Assembly: GCA_965226945.1 (NCBI GenBank)
Contig: OZ245717.1
Span: 6,784,062 to 6,848,061 of the forward strand
Reading direction: 5' to 3'
From: Gemmataceae bacterium
GTDB taxonomy: Bacteria > Planctomycetota > Planctomycetia > Gemmatales > Gemmataceae
Length of the DNA stretch: 64,000 bases
Part shown: one piece after another, positions 57,721-64,000 of the stretch
How the letters are laid out: each line of letters opens with the position of its first letter
Position numbering within the stretch: position 1 is the stretch's first letter
Position numbers and translations under genes: made by a program
Notes under the pieces: generated by a model
The model's database searches: none
Seen by the model: the letters and a program-made list of their open reading frames with translations, nothing else
Told to the model about the DNA's origin: nothing

Positions 57721-58107
57721 GCAGAAATGATCCTTCACCCCCATGCGCGTGAGCGGAATGAAAGTCAATTTTTCCAGGCCCAGGCATGGTTGGATCGAAC
57801 TACAAATCGATGGTGATGACGGCAACTTTAACGAAGCGATATCCTGCACTCCCAACAATTTTCTTTTTGAACTGACGACAGCGCACTCGCTTGGCCTTCA
57901 GGGTGCATCTGCGGAGGCGCTGGCCTACTGCGAGCCGGTCCTGTTTGTCTTCACTATTTCGGTCGTTCCTGATTCTGGGGAATGTCTCGAGTCCAACAAT
58001 CTCCAACTTGAGCCTTGGAAGGCGACTTTTTCCTTTCTCCTTGGGCCAGCTCGATTTCGATTCTAAAACAGCCATTGAACCCTTTCTAATCCTTGCGTGT
58101 GCCCTCC

Positions 58108-59643
58108 ATGCTTGCCAAATTGCGCACCTACGCCCTTTCGGGCATCGATGCCGTCCCTGTCGAAGTGGAAGTCGATGTCAGCCCTGGCCAGACCAAGACT
58201 CTGATCGTCGGCTTGCCCGAAGCGGCAGTTCGGGAAAGCGTGCACCGAATCGAGCGTGCGCTCTTCAACCTGGGCTACCGGCCCGCCCAGGGCGCGACGG
58301 TGATTAATCTAGCGCCGGCCGATTTACGTAAGGACGCTGGGGCTTTTGATTTGCCTATCGCCTTGGGTTTGCTGGTGGCAACCCAGCAAATCTTGCCCGA
58401 ACAACTTGAGGAGCACGCCTTTTCCGGCGAGTTGGCCCTGGATGGCAGCGTGCGGCCCATTAAAGGCGCACTTTCGATGGCGCTCGCCAGCCGCCGTGAA
58501 GGAATCAAACGGCTGGTCGTGCCGCGAACCAATGCCGCCGAGGCGGCGGTTGTTGATGGCCTGGAAGTGATCGGTGTCAACACGCTGGCCGAGGCGGTCA
58601 ATCATCTGACGGGATCGATGCCGCTTGACCCGGTCCAGTGCCCCGCCGCGGAAATGTTCCAGAAGCTTGACCAATATCCCTTCGACTTCACCGATGTGCG
58701 CGGTCAGGAATATGCGAAACGAGCTCTTGTGATTGCCGCGGCGGGGAATCATAACCTCCTGATGCTTGGCCCGCCGGGCACGGGTAAGACGATGCTCGCC
58801 CAGCGCCTGGCGACCATTTTGCCCGCGCTTTTGCCCGACGAAAGTTTGCAAACCACGCAAATCTACAGCGCCATGGGTCGCCTCGATTTGAGTCAGGCGC
58901 TCTTGACCACTCGCCCTTTCCGTTCGCCTCACCACACCATTTCTGATGCAGGGATGGTCGGCGGCGGCAATCCGCCCTCACCGGGCGAAATCAGCCTGGC
59001 GCACAACGGGATCTTGTTCTTGGACGAGTTACCCGAGTTCAACAGGCGTAGCCTGGAAGTGTTGCGCCAACCGCTCGAAGAAGGGCGGGTGACCATTTCC
59101 CGATCCCTGTTGAGCACCACGTTTCCGGCACGGTTTGTACTCGTGGCCTCGATGAATCCTTGCCCTTGCGGATATTTGGGCGACCCGCGCCATGAATGCA
59201 AATGCACCCCCATCCAGATCGAGAAATACATGGGCCGCGTGAGCGGACCGCTGCTCGATCGCATCGACTTGCACATTGAAGTCGGCGCGGTGCCGTTTCG
59301 AGAACTGTCCAGCCAGGCCGACGGCACCTCCAGCGCGCAAATGCGCGAACAGGTGCAGAAAGCCCGGGCCTGCCAGGCGGAGCGCTTCGGCAACCAAAGC
59401 GACCTGCTCAATAGCCGCATGAATAGCCGGCTCTTACGCAAACATTGCACTCTGGAAGCCAGCGCCAAGAAAGTTTTGGAAAAAGCCATGTTGGATCTGG
59501 GTCTTTCGGCCCGTGCTCACGACCGGATCCTGCGAGTCGCCCGCACGATTTCCGACCTGGAAGGTCGGGAAAAGGTGGAGACGGAACAGGTGATCGAAGC
59601 GATCGGCTACCGGACGTTGGACAGAAAACTGTGGCGAAGATAG
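58108..59643 (+). CDS. YifB/ComM-family Mg-chelatase-like AAA+ ATPase
   Basis: The N-terminal Lon-protease-like domain is AKLRTYALSGIDAVPVEVEVDVSPG. Walker A is LGPPGTGKT. The C-terminus is the YifB-type NGILFLDELPEF ... MNPCPCGY. Confidence 0.85.
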   Translation: MLAKLRTYALSGIDAVPVEVEVDVSPGQTKTLIVGLPEAAVRESVHRIERALFNLGYRPAQGATVINLAPADLRKDAGAFDLPIALGLLVATQQILPEQLEEHAFSGELALDGSVRPIKGALSMALASRREGIKRLVVPRTNAAEAAVVDGLEVIGVNTLAEAVNHLTGSMPLDPVQCPAAEMFQKLDQYPFDFTDVRGQEYAKRALVIAAAGNHNLLMLGPPGTGKTMLAQRLATILPALLPDESLQTTQIYSAMGRLDLSQALLTTRPFRSPHHTISDAGMVGGGNPPSPGEISLAHNGILFLDELPEFNRRSLEVLRQPLEEGRVTISRSLLSTTFPARFVLVASMNPCPCGYLGDPRHECKCTPIQIEKYMGRVSGPLLDRIDLHIEVGAVPFRELSSQADGTSSAQMREQVQKARACQAERFGNQSDLLNSRMNSRLLRKHCTLEASAKKVLEKAMLDLGLSARAHDRILRVARTISDLEGREKVETEQVIEAIGYRTLDRKLWRR

Positions 59644-60282
59644 GGGAGGTTGCATCTCATCCCCATTGACCGATATCGTCGTAAAAAACTCCATTCAACC
59701 GAAGTCAGGCCAAGACCTTCAAAACGGGATTCTGTCCACCGACCCAGAAGCATAGAACTCGACTTTGTGGCGATTCGGGAAAGGTTGATCATTCATCGTC
59801 TACGCGGCGATTCCCAACAGAAGTCAAACAGGTTTTGACCGAATTCGCTGGAGGGGTTGAGCTTTGCCCCCAGGGAGAAGGATGGGATTTGGAAAGGTCC
59901 TAGTGGCCAGGTATCGCCATCGCCAGCAGTTGAAATCGCAAGGTGTTTTGAATAGACCAACCGAACGAAAGATGATTTTTATTACGCTGTTGATTCCTTG
60001 TTTTCGAAATAAAAACATCCCGAAATTTCTCCGGATGCCACAGGCTTTCGATTTCAAGTCAAATAACAAATGGCATATATTTAGCTTATTGTAAAAATAA
60101 ATAATAAATATATGACTTGAAAAGAATGGCATTGTTTGCATGTAATATGATGGTGTGATTTTCTGTGTCGTATTTGATTTGCCAGATATTTTTGGGGAAA
60201 TGAAAGGGCTTTGAGCGTGGCGTGACGCTTGGATATCAATGGATATCATTTAGAGAAATTCTAACGATGGATTGCAGGATTC

Positions 60283-60789
60283 ATGAACGCCATCTATGGT
60301 CAAGCTTTAGCGTTTTATTTGTCAAGTCGTAGAGGCTCTGGTTATGAGGGAGGGCGATACATGGGTCAGGAAGTCGGTCATGGCGCGGCACCCGTGGCAT
60401 TTCACCAGCTTTACAATGAAGTTTGCGACAAATTGAATTTATTTAAGTCCGAACCTCCAAGTTTTGCAAAATTAAGTGGAAAAGTAAAGGAGATTAAAGA
60501 AAGTATTGAAAAGTATAAAGTTGCCTATGGCATCGAGGAGCATGCCGATAGTTTTATTCCGCCGTTTATTTTTGAGGAATTACTTGAGGATTTAAGATCG
60601 AAGCGTGACTATGAGTTAACATTGCTCGCTATTGAGAAAACTAAAGATTTGATCAATTGTAAAAGGCAAAAGAAAACCTCCGTTTTACATGGTCATTATG
60701 AAGATTCTCGTTTGCATACCGGTACCTTCGATGGATTTGAGAAAGCGTTAGAAACGCTCAGTAATCGGCGGAAGGGCGCCAAACATTAA
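60283..60789 (+). CDS. Hypothetical protein (168 aa) in an AT-rich stretch
   Basis: It follows an AT-rich promoter-like region. Lys/Glu-rich, with no recognisable motif. Confidence 0.4.
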   Translation: MNAIYGQALAFYLSSRRGSGYEGGRYMGQEVGHGAAPVAFHQLYNEVCDKLNLFKSEPPSFAKLSGKVKEIKESIEKYKVAYGIEEHADSFIPPFIFEELLEDLRSKRDYELTLLAIEKTKDLINCKRQKKTSVLHGHYEDSRLHTGTFDGFEKALETLSNRRKGAKH

Positions 60790-61158
60790 TCCATCTCGAC
60801 CTGCGGTTTTCCCTTCTTGGAGCCAATCATGTCGGTTCATGGCGCGATGATTTCATGCTACGAATGCGGATCCGCGGGGCTGCGCCAGCCCCCAGGTGGT
60901 AACGCCGTTTAGGGCGGTGACGACGAAGAAGATCGTTGTGCGGATGGTGGTCTTGGGCGTTCAGAAAATGCCGAAGGGAGCGCTGTGGCATTCCAATTCG
61001 ATAGATGAAACCGGCGCCGAAGGTGGCAAGACCGCGGCCAATCGACTTAATAAGGAGCAATCGAACGAGAGAACCTCAAAAATGGAAGTTGGCTTGGACG
61101 GCCGACTGGCTGATTTCCTCCGGCAGCGCCTATAGATTAGTTAGGCCCACATAGTCTG

Positions 61159-61500
61159 GTGGCGTTGCGACCCACGCAAGGGAAGGGGAAGCATTCTTTG
61201 CGTACGCCGAATTCTTTGCGTACGCCGATGGAGTGTGCCTGCTTCTCTTGGAGAGTCAAAGCCGAAGGACCTACGAGGACTTGGAGTGATCGTTTGTTTG
61301 GATTCCTACCGTACTCGCGCCGTGCCGCTTTCCAAAAAATCTGCGAGAGCCGTGAGGGAAAACGTAGAGTTCAAGGACTTTGCGAAATACTGTGCATTGT
61401 CCATGGGCAATTTCAAATCGAGGATGACTCAAAGAGAAGAAGCTGGGTCAAAAAAGAGAATGCCAAGAGGTTAATACCCGATTTAACCGCAATGCAATAG
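61159..61500 (+). CDS. Hypothetical small protein (113 aa), doubtful
   Basis: It contains an 18-bp perfect tandem duplication (attctttgcgtacgccga x2) encoding HSLRTPNSLRTP. Weak coding signal. Confidence 0.2.
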   Translation: MALRPTQGKGKHSLRTPNSLRTPMECACFSWRVKAEGPTRTWSDRLFGFLPYSRRAAFQKICESREGKRRVQGLCEILCIVHGQFQIEDDSKRRSWVKKENAKRLIPDLTAMQ

Positions 61501-61691
61501 ATCTCAAGAGCTGCGCGGCAGCGCCCTACTTGACGCGATGGTCCTTTTTTTGCTAGTTTGCAAAGGAAGGGCGCACAAGGAACTGGCCTATTCGCAGCGA
61601 GTCGACCATCGACAAAGGCCTGCTCTTGACGGCACTTGATTCCATCGACATACGTCAATTCCCTCCATTGTATCCGACTCGGGAGACGGCA

Positions 61692-64000
61692 ATGGCCTCC
61701 ATCAAGCATTCCCATCTCCTGCTCAGCATGTTCTGGCTCGTTTGGTCCCTGCTTCCAGGCAGAGCGGCGCATGCTTCGCACCGAGAATTGGAAATCCTCA
61801 ATCGCAAGGTCTATGTCTCGCAGTCCGGCGTGTTTCGCTTGGTCGTCGATCCAGGCGAGCGGCATGGCAGCGGCCCGGGGAATTACAGGTTGACGTGCCA
61901 TGGCGTGGAAGTTTGGAGCGGCAAGCGCCCCTTCACTTTATGGAGAGCGATTGTCACCGATGATGGTACGGTTGCTGGTTATTCCTACAGCCATGGAGAG
62001 GACGACCTCAGGGGGATCGGTGACTTTCGCGTGGTCATCATCGATCCCAAGGGGACTGCGCGCTTCGAAGAGATCATCCCGCGCAAGCGCAGCCCGTACT
62101 TACACATGAGTCCGACCCCTTTGGCCCATGGACTCATTCACGACCCCGCGCACGATCGCATGATTGTGCGCGTCGCCCTTCCCGGTGTCACTGAACAAGA
62201 ATCGGGCTGGCCGAGTTATCAACTTTCCACCGCCAAGAAAGCTGGGAATTTTGACCCAGAGTCCGTGAAACATCCTGCGAGCGATTCCAGCGATTTTCTC
62301 GATGCTCGGCCAGTTCCCGGCACAAGTCTCATGTTATGGCATTGGTGGGTGTCAACGGGGGGGCGCTCTCAATCCATGAACGGCGCTCGCTTCGCTTTGA
62401 TGGATGCTCAAGGCGAAACGGTTTGGGAGTTGAATCTGCCGCGCGATTACACCGTTGCCGGCGATGAGAACGCCATGGAAAAGATCTACCGAGAAATTCA
62501 CCGTGATGGCGCGATTCTCGACGGCTCGCAAAAGAACCGATTTAGCTTGCGTTTTGTAGCGGCCAATCAAAAGGTCACTTTTGAGGTTCGCCCGGCAGAG
62601 AACAAGACTTGGGCGGTCGCCGAAATCGCGCGAGGGAAATGGGAGGAACAGAATCCAGCGGAAAATCAGCAAGAATTCCCGCGGCTTTCGCTGCGGCCTT
62701 TGCGGTCGGTCTCGCTTCTCGATACCCATCGAAGACTCGCCAATCCGATACGTGATATCGAACGGTTTGCATTGGATGCAGAAGGCCGCATCGGTTTTCT
62801 TCGGTTCGAGCCCGATCGGACCGGGCCCACTTTTGTGCTCGTCAACGATTTGGGCCAGGTGGTTTGGTCGGTCAATCTTGAGGGACTGCGCCTTTCCACG
62901 GAGAATTTATCATCTGCCGATCTCGCCTGGATTGGGGGCAACCGCTTTTTACTCACCCTTTCCGGTTTCCGTGATGGGGGAAAGGCAAAAGCTTGGTGGA
63001 TCGATGTCGAGCTAAAGCGAGTGACGGCGATACCACGGTTCGTCTGCCCCTCGGTCCAGTCCCTGGCCGGGTTTCACGATGGTCGTTTCTTGGTCCTTTC
63101 CGGCCGTAGAGAATCGGTTCATCTCTTTGGAGCGGACGGAACAGAGCGATGCGTGTTCGCAAAGCAGTCTGACCCAACACCTGGAGTCGTTTTCAGCCCG
63201 ATCGCCGTTACCTTCACCTCGGACGGGAACGTCGCCATCGCGCACCGCGACAGCGCATTCTTGTCGATCTTTGCGCCCGACGGCGCCCACCGCAAGACGA
63301 TCGATCTCGCCCAGGCCTGGCAACGCTCGCCGATCCAACTTTTTGCCATGGCCAACGATCCCCATGGGGGTTTCCTGGTTACCGATTTCCAAAGTCGGTC
63401 TCCCGTCGTCCGAATGGATGACGACGCCACGATCCTTGAAGAGTTCCTGGCAAGCTACCCGGGCGGCAAGATGTCGGCGAAATTGCAATATTGCCAGGTG
63501 GCGCCCGATGGACGCCTGTGGGCGACTGATGAGCAGGCATTGGTCCGTTTGGATGAGTCGGGCATGGTGGACCGCGTGTTGGGCGAAAGGCCCGATTCGG
63601 ACACATTGACGGAGGTGGGGCATGTCGCGGTCAATAACAAGGGACAGATCTTGGCGGTTGACCGCAGATCGGCTTCGGTTCACGTTTTTGATGCAGAGGG
63701 GAAGCGTGTACGCGTCCACCGACCGCAACCAGCCGATTTTTTCATCGGAGCGCGCTCTTACAAGCTGACTGCCATGGACAATGAAGAGGTGTATTTGAAT
63801 GCGGATCCGGTCGATGATCGCTTCTTGCACTTTTCATCGACTGGTAAGCGATTGGGCTTCGACTATCTATTTTGGTGGAGCCTCAAGGTGCGTTTCTCTT
63901 CAGGGCGGTTGTATCCGCGCGCCGACCTTGGCCGCTGGATCGCCGACCGGGAGCAATTGGGAGTCCTGAACATCCATGGCCAGGTGGAACGGTTCATCGA
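61692..64000 (+). CDS. Large secreted hypothetical protein, 3'-truncated by the window edge (more than 769 aa)
   Basis: This ORF is not in the supplied track. Manual translation from ATG 61692 (GGAGA 5-6 nt upstream) gives an uninterrupted frame to the window end, with a signal peptide (MASIKHSHLLLSMFWLVWSLLPGRAAHA) and GC-rich third codon positions. Repeated hydrophobic/Gly/Asp strand-like segments suggest a beta-rich fold. Confidence 0.7.
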   Translation, partial: MASIKHSHLLLSMFWLVWSLLPGRAAHASHRELEILNRKVYVSQSGVFRLVVDPGERHGSGPGNYRLTCHGVEVWSGKRPFTLWRAIVTDDGTVAGYSYSHGEDDLRGIGDFRVVIIDPKGTARFEEIIPRKRSPYLHMSPTPLAHGLIHDPAHDRMIVRVALPGVTEQESGWPSYQLSTAKKAGNFDPESVKHPASDSSDFLDARPVPGTSLMLWHWWVSTGGRSQSMNGARFALMDAQGETVWELNLPRDYTVAGDENAMEKIYREIHRDGAILDGSQKNRFSLRFVAANQKVTFEVRPAENKTWAVAEIARGKWEEQNPAENQQEFPRLSLRPLRSVSLLDTHRRLANPIRDIERFALDAEGRIGFLRFEPDRTGPTFVLVNDLGQVVWSVNLEGLRLSTENLSSADLAWIGGNRFLLTLSGFRDGGKAKAWWIDVELKRVTAIPRFVCPSVQSLAGFHDGRFLVLSGRRESVHLFGADGTERCVFAKQSDPTPGVVFSPIAVTFTSDGNVAIAHRDSAFLSIFAPDGAHRKTIDLAQAWQRSPIQLFAMANDPHGGFLVTDFQSRSPVVRMDDDATILEEFLASYPGGKMSAKLQYCQVAPDGRLWATDEQALVRLDESGMVDRVLGERPDSDTLTEVGHVAVNNKGQILAVDRRSASVHVFDAEGKRVRVHRPQPADFFIGARSYKLTAMDNEEVYLNADPVDDRFLHFSSTGKRLGFDYLFWWSLKVRFSSGRLYPRADLGRWIADREQLGVLNIHGQVERFI

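Noticed and set aside
63012-63830. 272-aa minus-strand ORF
   Set aside because: Antisense to the manually identified partial CDS 61692..64000, which has a proper start, SD, signal peptide and codon bias.
1-64000. tRNA, rRNA or tmRNA genes in intergenic regions (711-1039, 13271-14145, 21806-22493, 33000-33410, 39423-39978, 51554-52089, 53971-54335, 57721-58107, 59644-60282)
   Set aside because: Scanning by eye for T-loop (GTTCGAATC / GTTCAAATC) or CCA-terminal acceptor-stem signatures found nothing convincing. Cannot be excluded without tRNAscan or Infernal.

Overview
High-GC bacterial chromosome segment. Gene content (H-X9-DG/DUF1559 pseudopilin-like proteins, DUF1080 domains, a TIGR02999-like ECF sigma factor, a Ser/Thr kinase with the typical planctomycete N-terminus, a giant repeat protein) suggests a Planctomycetota-like origin; this is inference. 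The window is dominated by one 9.97-kb gene (3299..13270, minus) encoding a 3323-aa repeat protein: two blocks of ~56-aa repeats flank an array of ~16 Ig-like (putative He_PIG-type) domains. Recognisable housekeeping genes are rsmD, trmB, trpB-trpA, mutM, a sigma-70/RpoD-like factor and ptsI. Envelope, signalling and accessory genes include two TolC-like proteins, a flotillin/SPFH protein adjacent to an archaemetzincin-like metalloprotease and an S41 peptidase, a TPR protein, an OafA-like acyltransferase, a sensor histidine kinase with a CXXCH motif in its predicted periplasmic domain, an orphan CheY-like regulator, an AraC regulator and an ECF sigma factor. There are three visibly AT-richer stretches. 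The first (~21.8-26.5 kb) carries a DUF1559 gene, an ISL3-family IS with identifiable imperfect terminal inverted repeats, and two tandem paralogous small secreted proteins of no recognisable family. The second (~54.3-57.7 kb) holds two adjacent DDE transposase genes (IS1380/IS4-like and ISKra4-like). The third (~59.7-61.5 kb) holds short hypothetical ORFs. A partial CDS (61692..64000, +) runs off the window end; it is absent from the supplied ORF track and was found by manual translation. Other items worth a second look: a Ser/Thr kinase-DUF1080 fusion next to a kinase-less DUF1080 paralog with the same coiled-coil tail; an ATGA-overlapping secreted coiled-coil/lipoprotein gene pair; a three-copy ~54-bp tandem duplication of the 3' end of the rpoD-like gene; and several short tandem or palindromic DNA motifs. 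No rRNA, tRNA or CRISPR array could be supported by eye.
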